From: an uncultured Bacteroidales bacterium
GTDB lineage: Bacteria > Bacteroidota > Bacteroidia > Bacteroidales > BM520
Assembly (NCBI GenBank): GCA_964474455.1
Contig: CAYYSU010000010.1
Location: 518 to 64,517 of the forward strand
Reading direction: 5' to 3'
Length of the DNA: 64,000 bases
Within the stretch, counting starts at the first letter, position 1, and each line of letters begins with the position of its first letter. A program made the position numbers and the translations under genes. The notes beneath the pieces were generated by a model. That model saw nothing but the letters and a program-made list of their open reading frames with translations. It made no database searches and was not told the DNA's origin. Below are positions 46,888-56,630 of the stretch, one piece after another.

Positions 46888-48378
46888 CTATTTGAGAATC
46901 ACATCGTGTGCTCCTCCTTCAATGATACTTGTGGAGGATACAAGAGTTATTTTTACTTTTTCCTGAAGCTCCTTGATGGATGTGGAACCGCAGCTACACA
47001 TAGTAGATTTCATTATTCCCAGTGTGAGATCCAGATTATCTTTTAATTTTCCGGCATACGGAACATAGCTGTCAACACCCTCTTCAAACTTTAAATGTTC
47101 ACTGCCATTGTCACCCAAGTCATAACGCTGCCAGTTACGGGCTCTGTTAGAACCTTCGCCCCAATACTCCTTCACATATTTTCCTCCGAGCAATAGTTTT
47201 TTGGAGGGGCTTTCGTCGAAACGTGCAAAATAGCGTCCCATCATCATAAAATCTGCACCCATTGCAAGTGCCAGAACCATATGATAATCTTGAACAATAC
47301 CTCCGTCACTACAAATGGGAATATACTCCCCCGTCTCCTTAAAATACTTATCGCGTGCTTTTGAAACATCAATGAGGGATGTTGCTTGTCCACGGCCAAT
47401 ACCTTTTTGTTCGCGGGTTATACATATAGAGCCTCCGCCAATTCCAACCTTAATAAAATCTGCACCGGCATCGGCGAGGTAACGGAAACCTTCTTTATCA
47501 ATAACATTTCCGGCACCTACCTTAATATGCTCACCGTATTTTTCCTTTATATAACGTATTGTATTCTTTTGCCACTCCGAAAAGCCATCAGATGAGTCGA
47601 TGCAAAGAATGTCAGCACCGGCCTCTATGAGCTTTGGTACCCGTTCTTTAAAATCCCGGGTGTTAATACCTGCTCCAACAAGAAGTCGCTGATCTTCATC
47701 AGATAGCTCATGAGGGTACTCTTTGTGATTATCATAATCTTTACGAAAAACAAAGTATTTCAGGTTTTGATTTTTATCTATTATGGGAAGAGCATTCAAC
47801 TTATGATTCCATATAATATCATTGGCATCGTTAAGAGAAACGCCAAAATCACCTGTTATAAGTTTATCAAAGGGAGTCATAAACTCCTTTACCTTTTTGT
47901 CATAGCCATCGCGGGAGGAGCGATAATCTCTGCCGGTAACCATACCCAGCAGCTTGCCGTTTGAGGTGCCATCGTGCGTTATACCTATGGTAGAATATCC
48001 TGTACGGGCTTTTAAATCAATCACATCCTGTAGATTGTTTTCTGGAGTAAGATTCGCATCACTAACAACAAAGCCTGCTTTAAACTTTTTTACCTTACGA
48101 ATCATTTCAGCCTGGTTTTCAATGGGTTGTGATCCGAAAATAAATGATAGGCCACCGTTTCGGGCAAGACCAATAGCCATTTTATCATCAGAAACCGACT
48201 GCATAATAGCAGAAACAAAAGGAATATTAAGGCTGATATCGGCATCATGATCTCTTTTGTACCTTACGAGAGGTGTCTTCAGAGAAACTTTTGATGGAAC
48301 GCTCTCTGTTGTTGTTAATCCAGGTATCAAAAGATACTCGCTGAAGGTTCTGGAAATATCGTTAATGATTTTTGCCAT
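46888..48378 (-). CDS. guaB: IMP dehydrogenase
   Basis: It has a TIM-barrel with a CBS pair and the catalytic loop [22 protein letters not shown], which is the Tritrichomonas/bacterial-type IMPDH loop. The start is trimmed to the ATG at 48378 ([20 protein letters not shown]). Confidence 0.85.
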   Translation of the reverse strand: MAKIINDISRTFSEYLLIPGLTTTESVPSKVSLKTPLVRYKRDHDADISLNIPFVSAIMQSVSDDKMAIGLARNGGLSFIFGSQPIENQAEMIRKVKKFKAGFVVSDANLTPENNLQDVIDLKARTGYSTIGITHDGTSNGKLLGMVTGRDYRSSRDGYDKKVKEFMTPFDKLITGDFGVSLNDANDIIWNHKLNALPIIDKNQNLKYFVFRKDYDNHKEYPHELSDEDQRLLVGAGINTRDFKERVPKLIEAGADILCIDSSDGFSEWQKNTIRYIKEKYGEHIKVGAGNVIDKEGFRYLADAGADFIKVGIGGGSICITREQKGIGRGQATSLIDVSKARDKYFKETGEYIPICSDGGIVQDYHMVLALAMGADFMMMGRYFARFDESPSKKLLLGGKYVKEYWGEGSNRARNWQRYDLGDNGSEHLKFEEGVDSYVPYAGKLKDNLDLTLGIMKSTMCSCGSTSIKELQEKVKITLVSSTSIIEGGAHDVILK

Positions 48379-48526
48379 GGTGCTGCCGTTTAAAAAATTA
48401 GTCAAAAGTATGAAAAATGATGATGCCAGAGTGGCTTTATCTTTTTTACACAGCAAAAATATGCAAAACAATCATAATGGTTTTTTTATATGATGGATTA
48501 TTTTAAAAAACAAATGAGAAAATGAA

Positions 48527-48534
48527 TACCTTTG
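48527..48534 (+). promoter_or_regulatory. Candidate -7 promoter box TACCTTTG driving the cobalamin riboswitch leader
   Basis: It matches TAnnTTTG and lies immediately 5' of the riboswitch P1 stem. Confidence 0.45.
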
Positions 48535-48538
48535 CTTC

Positions 48539-48719
48539 GTTATTGGTTCCGCTGCGGATGCATTCCGCATGGATTAAAAGGGAATGTCGTGAAAGTCGGC
48601 AACAGTTCCCGCTGCTGTAATTCCTGCGCTATTAGCGTAAAAGTTGAACTATAAAGCCACTGTTTATTATTAATGGGAAGGCCTCAACTAAAAGGATAAG
48701 TCAGAAGACCTACCATAAC
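48539..48719 (+). ncRNA. Cobalamin (B12) riboswitch aptamer
   Basis: The conserved blocks appear in the correct order. They are GGTTCC (48545), AAAAGGGAA (48576..48584), GTGAAAGTC (48589..48597), CCCGCTGCTGTAA (48608..48620), GCCACTG (48656..48662), GGGAAGGC (48675..48682) and the B12 box AAGTCAGAAGACCTACC (48698..48714). P1 pairs GTTAT(T)GG with CCATAAC. B12-related genes lie downstream. Confidence 0.88.
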
Positions 48720-48822
48720 ATGGAATCTGCATCTGCGGTGAACGGAGGCAATCAGGATACCCTCCCGATAGCTTCTCTCCACAGAAAACAGGCTCACACA
48801 TTAAAATTTTAGTATTGTAAGG

Positions 48823-50235
48823 ATGAAAAAACTACTGATTACAATAGCATATATTGCTGTTGCCGGGATAGCCTCAGCACAATACATCAGCGAAGTGTAT
48901 GAATACAATCCTGCGCCCGGGCAGTGGCTCAATGTTGCACCCTGGGGAACCCCCGACGCCATGGAATCAATAAAAGGTGGTATTAACGGTAGCATGACAC
49001 TGGGTGCCTTTGGTGGCTATGTTGTCTTTGGATTTGAAAACCCCGTGGAAAATGATCCGCAAAATCCTTATGGCGTGGACTTTTCAATCTTCGGCAACTC
49101 ATATGATGATTGGTCTGAACCCGCCGTAGTTTACGTTATGAAGGATGACAATCAAAACGGTCTTCCCGACGATATATGGTATCTGCTGGCCGGGAGTGAC
49201 TACTTCTTCTCCTCGTCAATACATGATTATGAGGTGACTTACACTAACCCCGGTGGAACCGATGCCGAGGATATTCCATGGACTGATAATAAAGGAAATT
49301 CAGGGGTTTTAGAGGTAAATAATATACATCCTCAACCCTGGTATCCTATGCAGGAATTATTCCCGCAAACAGATCCCGAAGAGTATACCTTGTCGGGATC
49401 GTTTGTTTCCACAAAGGTGGATGTGAATAATTCGATCTTGATAAAATCATACTGCCGTACTTTTGGATATGCCGACAACCACAAACGTAACCTCGGAGTG
49501 CACACTATACCTGATAATCCTTATACAGATGAACTTGAGAATAGTGGGGGTGATGCTTTCGATATCTCATGGGCTATAAATAAAGATGGTGAGTATGTCG
49601 ATCTTGAGATGATTCATTTCGTAAAGGTGCAATCTGCCGCTTTAGAAAATGCCGGTGTTCTGGGCGAAATATCCACTGAGGTGTGTGGAGCCGTCGATGT
49701 GAGTCCCAATGATACTATTTTCGGGCCTGAAAAAGTGCTGGTGGTGAAAGACCTGCCTGTCATACTTACATCTTCTACATGGCAGATGGAGTATGCTGAG
49801 TTTGAAAATGGACGTATCCGCAATGACGCCGAAGCAGAATGGACGGTGAGCATGCCGGGAGCTTATGTCGATGATAATGATATTCTTCATGTGCCAACCA
49901 CAGGAGTGCTTACGATAACGGCCACATCTGTTTTTAATCCGGAATTATCCTGCACGCAGTCATCTGTTGTTGATTTCTCAAGCGGAATGAAAGAAAATAG
50001 AATCCACGAGAACATAACTCTTTATCCTGTGCCGGCCTCTCACAGCCTGAACCTTTTATTACCGGAGTCGGGGAGAGCCCGCATCATCAATTCTCAGGGA
50101 GTTATTGTTTGGGAGCGAGATCTTGAAAAGGGAGATCAGATTGTTGATGTTTTAAGTTATCGTAATGGTGTTTATCTGTTTGTCGTAGAGGGTGTTAACG
50201 CCTTTTTTTGCAATAAATTTGTTATAAAAAAATGA
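48823..50235 (+). CDS. T9SS-sorted cell-surface/secreted protein of unknown function; first gene of the B12-riboswitch operon
   Basis: The 470-aa ORF has a signal peptide and the C-terminal sorting domain ITLYPVPASHSLNLLL...GVYLFVVEGVNAFFCNKFVIKK. It overlaps the downstream TonB-dependent receptor gene by 4 nt. Confidence 0.7.
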   Translation: MKKLLITIAYIAVAGIASAQYISEVYEYNPAPGQWLNVAPWGTPDAMESIKGGINGSMTLGAFGGYVVFGFENPVENDPQNPYGVDFSIFGNSYDDWSEPAVVYVMKDDNQNGLPDDIWYLLAGSDYFFSSSIHDYEVTYTNPGGTDAEDIPWTDNKGNSGVLEVNNIHPQPWYPMQELFPQTDPEEYTLSGSFVSTKVDVNNSILIKSYCRTFGYADNHKRNLGVHTIPDNPYTDELENSGGDAFDISWAINKDGEYVDLEMIHFVKVQSAALENAGVLGEISTEVCGAVDVSPNDTIFGPEKVLVVKDLPVILTSSTWQMEYAEFENGRIRNDAEAEWTVSMPGAYVDDNDILHVPTTGVLTITATSVFNPELSCTQSSVVDFSSGMKENRIHENITLYPVPASHSLNLLLPESGRARIINSQGVIVWERDLEKGDQIVDVLSYRNGVYLFVVEGVNAFFCNKFVIKK

Positions 50236-52226
50236 TAAGGTACCTGTCTCTGCTCCTGTTGTTGTTTTCATCCGCTCTTAAGGCTCAAGAGAGTAATGAT
50301 ACCATTATCACTCTTCCTGTTGCTAGGATTTTTGATACCCGAATTTTTTTGCCCGAAGAGGCGGGCATAAAGACCACCAAAGTGGATACGTTGATAATGA
50401 TGGATAAGCTCGCACAGGATCTTTCGGATCTCCTTTCCGAGAATTCCCATGTGTTTATTAAAAGCTATGGACGTGGTGCTATGGCTACTGCAGCTTTTCG
50501 TGGAACGGCGCCATCACACACACAGGTTTACTGGAATGGCATTAATATCAACAGTCCTATGTTGGGGATGGTGGATTTTTCTCTTATACCGGTGTATATC
50601 CTCGATGATGTATCACTGAACCACGGAACTTCCAGCATTATCGACGGCAATGGCGGGCTGGGTGGTTCCATAAATCTGGATAACTCTGCGCGGTGGGAGA
50701 GTGGTTTCGACCTGAAGTTCCTCCAGGGAGCAGGCATGTTCTGCTCATTTGAAGATTTCCTCTCCTTAAAGACAGGAAATGACCGCTTTCAGTCAGAAAC
50801 ACGACTCTATTACTCATCCTCAAAAAATGATTACACATTCGTGAACCGCTATAACTATGACCTGGATCCTGAGTCGGGGGAATTTATTTATAAGATTGAT
50901 ACCAACAAAAATTCTGACTATCTGAAATATGGCGTGTTACAGGAGTTTTACTATCGTGAGAGATCAGGTGCTGTATGGTCATTGCGATATTGGGGACAGC
51001 TCTCCGGGCGTTCCATTCCCGGCGTGGCAAGCTACGAAGGACCGGAGGTGTCACGACTGAACAGAATCTCCGATGACGACCATAAGATTGTGCTGAACAG
51101 AAGGTTTTCTTCGGCAAAGCATACGCTGGAGTTGCAGTCCGGCTTTCAGTACCATTTTGTAAACTATTATCTAAAAAATTATATCCCCGGATACGGATAT
51201 CGGAATGAGGTTTTCTCAAACAGTACTGTACAGAGCCTCTTTAATAAAGCTGAATACAGACAAAATTTCAGCGATAACTGGTTGTTAAACGTAACTGCCT
51301 CCTGGGATTATCATGAAGTATCTACCGTTGATACAGTTACGTCGGCCGGCTATGATAATCACCGTAACGATATCTCTCTCTTTGTCTCTTTGCGCAAGCA
51401 GTTCTTTAACAGGCTTAATACCAGCCTTATGCTGCGGCAGGGTTTTGTGGATAGTGAACTTTTGCCCCCGGCTCCTTTTCTTGGTTTTGATCTGCTTTTG
51501 GCTAAGGAGAGGAGCATTATTCTAAAGGGAAATATTGGCAGGAATTATCATCAGCCTACTCTTAATGACCTCTACTGGATGCCTGGAGGGAATCCTGATC
51601 TGAAACCGGAAGATGGAATCAGCACCGAGCTGGGATTGGAGATGATCTTTGAATCCGGAAATGTTTATTTTGTTCCGGGTATATCGCTGTTTTTTTCGGA
51701 TATAGATAATTGGATAATCTGGTTGCCGACAAAGCAGGGATACTGGGAGCCAAATAATGTCAAAAGAGTAGTGTCTAAAGGCCTGGAGGCATCGGCAAAT
51801 ATCTCCTGGCGTCTTGGTGATGTGGAATTTCGATCCATTGCAACATATTCCTGTACCCGAGCCCTTAACTATGGTGACACAGCGTTGTGGGGAGATGAAT
51901 CGTATGGAAAACAACTGGTTTATATACCCGTACATTCGGGCAATATAATGTTAAGTTCCCACTGGAGAAAATGGTCTCTCTCATGGCAAAATAATAGCTA
52001 TAGTCGACGATTTACCACAAGTAGTAATGACCTGACCGACAGATATTCGTTCTATCCCTATTTTATGAATAACCTGAAGATTGGAAGAGACTTTTCATTT
52101 AAAGCATTTAATATCTCAACAGAATTGAAAATCAATAACCTGTTTAACGAGAAGTATCATTCGGTTTTGATTCAGCCCATGCCTGGAATTAATGCCATGT
52201 TTCAGTTAATGATAGATCTTAAGTAA
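50232..52226 (+). CDS. TonB-dependent outer-membrane receptor (BtuB-like by context)
   Basis: It has a signal peptide, a plug domain (HVFIKSYGRGAMATAAFRGTAPSHTQVYWNGININSP) and a beta-barrel of about 500 aa with a terminal NNLFNEKY motif. It is under the B12 riboswitch. Confidence 0.85.
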   Translation: MIRYLSLLLLLFSSALKAQESNDTIITLPVARIFDTRIFLPEEAGIKTTKVDTLIMMDKLAQDLSDLLSENSHVFIKSYGRGAMATAAFRGTAPSHTQVYWNGININSPMLGMVDFSLIPVYILDDVSLNHGTSSIIDGNGGLGGSINLDNSARWESGFDLKFLQGAGMFCSFEDFLSLKTGNDRFQSETRLYYSSSKNDYTFVNRYNYDLDPESGEFIYKIDTNKNSDYLKYGVLQEFYYRERSGAVWSLRYWGQLSGRSIPGVASYEGPEVSRLNRISDDDHKIVLNRRFSSAKHTLELQSGFQYHFVNYYLKNYIPGYGYRNEVFSNSTVQSLFNKAEYRQNFSDNWLLNVTASWDYHEVSTVDTVTSAGYDNHRNDISLFVSLRKQFFNRLNTSLMLRQGFVDSELLPPAPFLGFDLLLAKERSIILKGNIGRNYHQPTLNDLYWMPGGNPDLKPEDGISTELGLEMIFESGNVYFVPGISLFFSDIDNWIIWLPTKQGYWEPNNVKRVVSKGLEASANISWRLGDVEFRSIATYSCTRALNYGDTALWGDESYGKQLVYIPVHSGNIMLSSHWRKWSLSWQNNSYSRRFTTSSNDLTDRYSFYPYFMNNLKIGRDFSFKAFNISTELKINNLFNEKYHSVLIQPMPGINAMFQLMIDLK

Positions 52227-53323
52227 TGATAAAAAAATTGCTCCATATAATAATTGTTTTTTCAGCCGTAATAAGTTTGTCTTGCATGAAGGATGATGAG
52301 TTATGGCAGAAGAGAACTCCTCCTGAGATAAAATCCTTTGATGGAATCTTTATTATCAACGAGGGTAACTTTATGTATAATAATGCCTCTCTCTCTTATT
52401 ATGATATTGAGAACAGGGAGGTCTTTAATGATGTTTTTTATGATGTGAACGGTCATCCGCTGGGAGATGTGGCATTGTCATCCGTTATAAGAGATTCACT
52501 CTTGTTTGTGGTTATGAATAACAGCGGGAAGATAATTATTCTTGATGCAGATGATTTCTCCTATAAGGGAAAGATCACCGGATTGACTTCTCCCCGTTAT
52601 ATTCATTTTATTAATGATGAAAAGGCTTATGTAACGGATTTGTATGCCCAAGCAATTACTGTGGTAAATCCTACCACATGCGAGGTTACTGGTCATATTT
52701 TAGTTCATAACAGAGCTTCCTCTTTTAATCAGCATCCCACTGAGCAGATGGTAGCCATTGGCGAAAAAATATTTGTGAATTGCTGGAGTTTTGATAATAA
52801 AATATTGGTTATAGATAGTAATACCGATGAGGTTATCGACTCTCTTGAAGTAGCGAAACAGCCTAACTCAATGGTGGTCGATAAATTTAACCGACTATGG
52901 GTGTTGTCTGATGGTGGCTATACCGGTACGCCTTACGGAGAGGTTCAGCCTGCGTTAACATGTATCGAAACGAACACTTTGAGTATTATAAATGTTATAG
53001 AAATGGATGCGGATGATTCTCCTACAAAACTCTCTATTAATGGTGCAGGCGACACACTATATTTTCTTAATAACGATCTGTACCGTATGTCGGTTTTAGG
53101 AATGGAGAATCCGGAAGTATTTATCGAGAGTCCGTATAGTCATGGATATGTGGGAGGGTTTTATGGACTGAGCATAGATCCTTCAACATCTGAAATATAT
53201 ATTGCCGACGGCATAAATTTCAGCCAGCCCGGCGTGGTGTATCGTTATACCGCCGAGGCTGCTGCCATAGATACTTTTATGGTGGGGGTAATCCCCGGCG
53301 CATTTTGTTTTAAAGAAAAATAG
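52226..53323 (+). CDS. Surface beta-propeller lipoprotein (YncE/DUF5074-like; BtuG-like by context)
   Basis: It has the lipobox VISLSC and repeated blades of about 45 aa (for example LFVVMNNSGKIIILD, AYVTDLYAQAITVVN, IFVNCWSFDNKILVID, LWVLSDGG, IYIADG). Confidence 0.6.
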   Translation: MIKKLLHIIIVFSAVISLSCMKDDELWQKRTPPEIKSFDGIFIINEGNFMYNNASLSYYDIENREVFNDVFYDVNGHPLGDVALSSVIRDSLLFVVMNNSGKIIILDADDFSYKGKITGLTSPRYIHFINDEKAYVTDLYAQAITVVNPTTCEVTGHILVHNRASSFNQHPTEQMVAIGEKIFVNCWSFDNKILVIDSNTDEVIDSLEVAKQPNSMVVDKFNRLWVLSDGGYTGTPYGEVQPALTCIETNTLSIINVIEMDADDSPTKLSINGAGDTLYFLNNDLYRMSVLGMENPEVFIESPYSHGYVGGFYGLSIDPSTSEIYIADGINFSQPGVVYRYTAEAAAIDTFMVGVIPGAFCFKEK

Positions 53324-53328
53324 ATCCT

Positions 53329-53844
53329 ATGAAAGGTAAAGTTCATGTTTATACCGGTAATGGAAAGGGAAAAACCACCGCCGCCATGGGTATTGCCCTA
53401 CGTGCTACCGGAGCAGGTAAAAAGGTTTTTTTTGCACAGTTTGTGAAGGGTATGAAATACTCCGAAGTGTCAGCTATTGAAAAATTTCTTCCGCAGATTA
53501 ACATAAAACAGTTTGGGTTGGATTGTTTCATTGAAAAGGATCCTACCGAAAAGGATATACAACTGGCACAAGATGGACTGCAGGAAGTTGCCGGCATTTT
53601 GAAAAGCGGAGAATACGAAATGGTTGTATTGGATGAAGCCAATATAGCCCTCTACTATCACCTCTTTTCATTGGATGAACTTATTACAGCCCTTAATAAC
53701 AGAGATGAAGATGTTGAGGTTATTATTACCGGGCGCTACGCTCCCCAGGAACTTATTGAGTATGCCGATCTTGTAACCGAGATGAAAGAGGTAAAGCATT
53801 ATTACCGTGAAGGATTAATGGCACGAAAGGGTGTTGAGTTCTAA
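53329..53844 (+). CDS. cobO: Cob(I)yrinic acid a,c-diamide / cob(I)alamin adenosyltransferase (CobO/BtuR type)
   Basis: The 171-aa ORF has the P-loop YTGNGKGKTTAAMG and the motifs FVKG, VVLDEANIAL and VIITGR. Confidence 0.9.
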   Translation: MKGKVHVYTGNGKGKTTAAMGIALRATGAGKKVFFAQFVKGMKYSEVSAIEKFLPQINIKQFGLDCFIEKDPTEKDIQLAQDGLQEVAGILKSGEYEMVVLDEANIALYYHLFSLDELITALNNRDEDVEVIITGRYAPQELIEYADLVTEMKEVKHYYREGLMARKGVEF

Positions 53845-56042
53845 ATAAGTGATATGTTTCCCTCTCCCTCTGAGGTAAACCTGCCTATCACCACGGCATC
53901 ATCAACACCTTTTGAGTGTAAGGATGCCAGAAGCTCTTCCGCTTGATCACCGTCAACAGCTATCATCAGGCCTCCTGATGTCTGCGCATCGCAAACGATC
54001 ATTTGATTGACACGGTTATGGTTTCCGAAGTCCACAAGATTTTTTACGTAATTATGGTTCTTATGTGTGCCGCCGGGAATAACACCTGCCGTGGCAAGCG
54101 TAGTGGCCATCTCCAGCACCGGCAGTTGTTTGAAGATAATCTCTACATTAACACCCGAAGCTTTGCTCATCTCGAGCAGATGACCGAACAAGCCAAAACC
54201 GGTGACATCAGTGCAAGCATGAACAGTAAAGTTCTTCATGACCTCCGCTGCTGTTCTATTGAGGCTCTTCATTATCTCAACAGCCCTTTGCTGTGTTTTC
54301 TCATCCACAAGTCCTCTTTTTATACCCGTGGTGATAATTCCTGTCCCCAGCGGTTTTGTGAGAATAAGCACATCTCCCGGTTTAGCTCCGTGGTTCCTTA
54401 TTATCTTGTGGGGATGAATGCTTCCCGTAACCACCATGCCGTATTTTGGCTCCGGATCTTCTATGGTGTGGCCTCCCAAAACGCCGATGCCCGCTTCTGT
54501 GGCCTTGTCGTGGGCGCCTCGTAGTATCTCCTTGAGCACATCAAGAGGCAGAGTGTTTTCCGGGAAACAGACAATATTAAGAGCAAAAAGTGGTGCCGCC
54601 CCCATGGCATAAACATCACTTAGGGCATTGGCAGCCGCAATAGCTCCAAAATCGTATGCGTCATCGGCAATAGGTGTGAAGAAATCCACTGTTTGTACTA
54701 TTGCAGTGTCGTCATTGATTCTGTAAACCATGGCGTCGTCAGAAGTCTCTGTGCCCACCAGTATGTCGGGGTGAGTCCAGCGGGGCAGGGTTTTTAGTAC
54801 CTCCTCCAGCTTCTGCGGCTCTATCTTACATGCACATCCGAGGCCGTGAGTGTAGTGGGTGAGCTTAATGGTTTTCGGATCTTTGGTGTTGATGGTGAGC
54901 TCTTCCGTGGTTTGTATCAGCGATTTTGCTGTGGTGATGATCTCTTCCGCAGCGGCCTTCATATCATCCATGGTATTAGAGCGCCCGGTGGAAAACCGAA
55001 TGGTCCCCATGGCGTATTTTATCGGTACCTTCATGGCCTCCAGTACTGCAGATACGTCGATGCTCTCTGCGTGACAGGCAGCTCCTGCCGAGGCAGCTAC
55101 GTTTTCCATCCTGCTGATCAGCGTGTTGGCTTCCACTCCCGGAAACGAGAGACTTAGCGTATTGGGAAGACGCTTTTCGGCGTGGCCGTTGAGCTTTACC
55201 TCCGGCAAGGCATCGATAATCTCGTGGTGCAGGAAATCCCTTGTTTTGCGATAATGTGCTGCGTTTTTTGCCAGATTGCGATGGGCTATCTCTGCTGCCT
55301 TGCCCAGGCCTGCGATCTCGAGAACATTTTCCGTTCCTGCACGCAGGTTCTGCTCGTGATCGGCACCATGTATCAACTTCTCAAGGGTAACGCCACTTCT
55401 GATATAGAGTGCACCAACTCCTTTGGGCGCATATAACTTATGCCCTGCGATACTCAACAGATCTACATTCATTGTCTCCACATCGGTTGGTATCTTTCCC
55501 AGCGACTGGGCAGCATCAGAATGAAACAGTAATCCTCTCTCTTTTGCTATCTCTCCAATCTCTTCAACAGGTTGAATGGCTCCGGTCTCATTATTAGCAT
55601 GCATGATCGTGATAAGTATCGTCTGTTCTTTAATGGCGTTACGCACATCATTACTATTCACAATGCCGTATTCATCCACCGGGAGGTAGGTGACCTCAAA
55701 GCCCTGTTTTTCAAGGTGTTTACATACTTCGAAAATTGCCGGGTGCTCAATTGATGATGTGATAATATGATTCCCTTTGGCTCTGTTTGCCAGGGCAGCA
55801 CCTTTTACTGCGTAGTTGTTCGACTCAGTTCCCCCACTGGTAAACACTATCTCTGAAGGGTGAGCGTTGATTAGCTCCGCGACTTGTTTGCGGGCATTTT
55901 CGACCGCATTTTTTGTCGTTGCTCCATAATAGTGCGAGCTCGAGGGATTACCAAAATATGTCTCCAGGTATGGACGCATAGCCTCCGCTACCTCCGGGTC
56001 GATGGGAGTGGTGGCATTATAATCGAGATATATGGGATTCAT
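53841..56042 (-). CDS. selD: Fusion protein: NifS-like cysteine desulfurase/selenocysteine lyase (N-terminal) plus selenide,water dikinase SelD (C-terminal)
   Basis: The ORF is 733 aa. The class V aminotransferase part has the PLP-binding Lys in SIAGHKLYAPKG and the active-site Cys in SAGAACHAE. The SelD part follows (HGLGCACKIEP, AIR-synthase-like fold, DAQTSGGLMIAV). The Sec/Cys position is a TGT codon at 54835..54837. Confidence 0.88.
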   Translation of the reverse strand: MNPIYLDYNATTPIDPEVAEAMRPYLETYFGNPSSSHYYGATTKNAVENARKQVAELINAHPSEIVFTSGGTESNNYAVKGAALANRAKGNHIITSSIEHPAIFEVCKHLEKQGFEVTYLPVDEYGIVNSNDVRNAIKEQTILITIMHANNETGAIQPVEEIGEIAKERGLLFHSDAAQSLGKIPTDVETMNVDLLSIAGHKLYAPKGVGALYIRSGVTLEKLIHGADHEQNLRAGTENVLEIAGLGKAAEIAHRNLAKNAAHYRKTRDFLHHEIIDALPEVKLNGHAEKRLPNTLSLSFPGVEANTLISRMENVAASAGAACHAESIDVSAVLEAMKVPIKYAMGTIRFSTGRSNTMDDMKAAAEEIITTAKSLIQTTEELTINTKDPKTIKLTHYTHGLGCACKIEPQKLEEVLKTLPRWTHPDILVGTETSDDAMVYRINDDTAIVQTVDFFTPIADDAYDFGAIAAANALSDVYAMGAAPLFALNIVCFPENTLPLDVLKEILRGAHDKATEAGIGVLGGHTIEDPEPKYGMVVTGSIHPHKIIRNHGAKPGDVLILTKPLGTGIITTGIKRGLVDEKTQQRAVEIMKSLNRTAAEVMKNFTVHACTDVTGFGLFGHLLEMSKASGVNVEIIFKQLPVLEMATTLATAGVIPGGTHKNHNYVKNLVDFGNHNRVNQMIVCDAQTSGGLMIAVDGDQAEELLASLHSKGVDDAVVIGRFTSEGEGNISLI

Positions 56043-56630
56043 TGTCGTTATTTATTTAAGCTGCAAATGTAATGAATAAAAAACGCACTTATCTAATGGA
56101 TTACGACAGCTTAGCCAGTTGGCACGATAATACGGTATATTGACGACGGTTGCCTGCCAACTCTCCTTTGCTGCTATTACCAATTCCTCTTTCCGATAAA
56201 ACCGCACCGTCGTGAAACTATCTAAATCGCCCATTGGCCCTCACCACCCACCTCTAACTTCGATCTTCAATATTCTATGTTTATTGTAGCGGAAGATCGA
56301 ATGAATATAATAAATCACTACAGGGTTTTTCCTTGCGGCGTAGCGTGGAAAAGATAAGAATTTCCCTCAAAAGATGCTAATGCCAGGAGGCTTACATTAA
56401 ACGAATATATTGTAGCATACAAATGAGAGATTTACCGTGGTATATCCGCAAGAAAAAACCTATATTTGTGATACAGCACTAGGTAAACTTCAATCTGTAC
56501 ACGGAACCACAGCGGCCTTGAAAAAGCCGAAGCTTGCTTTTAAAGAGGAAGTAACCTATTTGTATGAAATACACTGTCACGATTTGTTTATGAGTTTAAT
56601 AATTTTAGGTGTTTTGCGAGAATAAAATAT

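Noticed and set aside
46888-48378. The IMPDH catalytic loop reads [10 protein letters not shown] instead of the common GPGSICTTR. I considered a divergent IMPDH-related paralogue of unknown function.
   Set aside because: This loop ([19 protein letters not shown]) is, to my recollection, the one found in the biochemically characterised Tritrichomonas foetus-type IMPDH. The CBS pair and length are normal, so I call it ordinary guaB.
48720-48822. A possible terminator or anti-terminator hairpin (CGGAGG...CCTCCCG, about 48743..48767) follows the riboswitch aptamer.
   Set aside because: The stem is short and bulged, and no T-run follows it. I cannot decide between transcriptional and translational control from sequence alone, so it is not annotated as a terminator.
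56052-56625. Two small ORFs (56052..56234 on the minus strand, 56437..56625 on the plus strand) lie in the long spacer. I also considered a TGA read-through (selenoprotein) extension of the first one.
   Set aside because: Extending the frame upstream of the TGA at 56241..56243 gives non-protein-like sequence and hits another stop after about 40 codons. There is no promoter box, motif or SECIS-like context that I can support.
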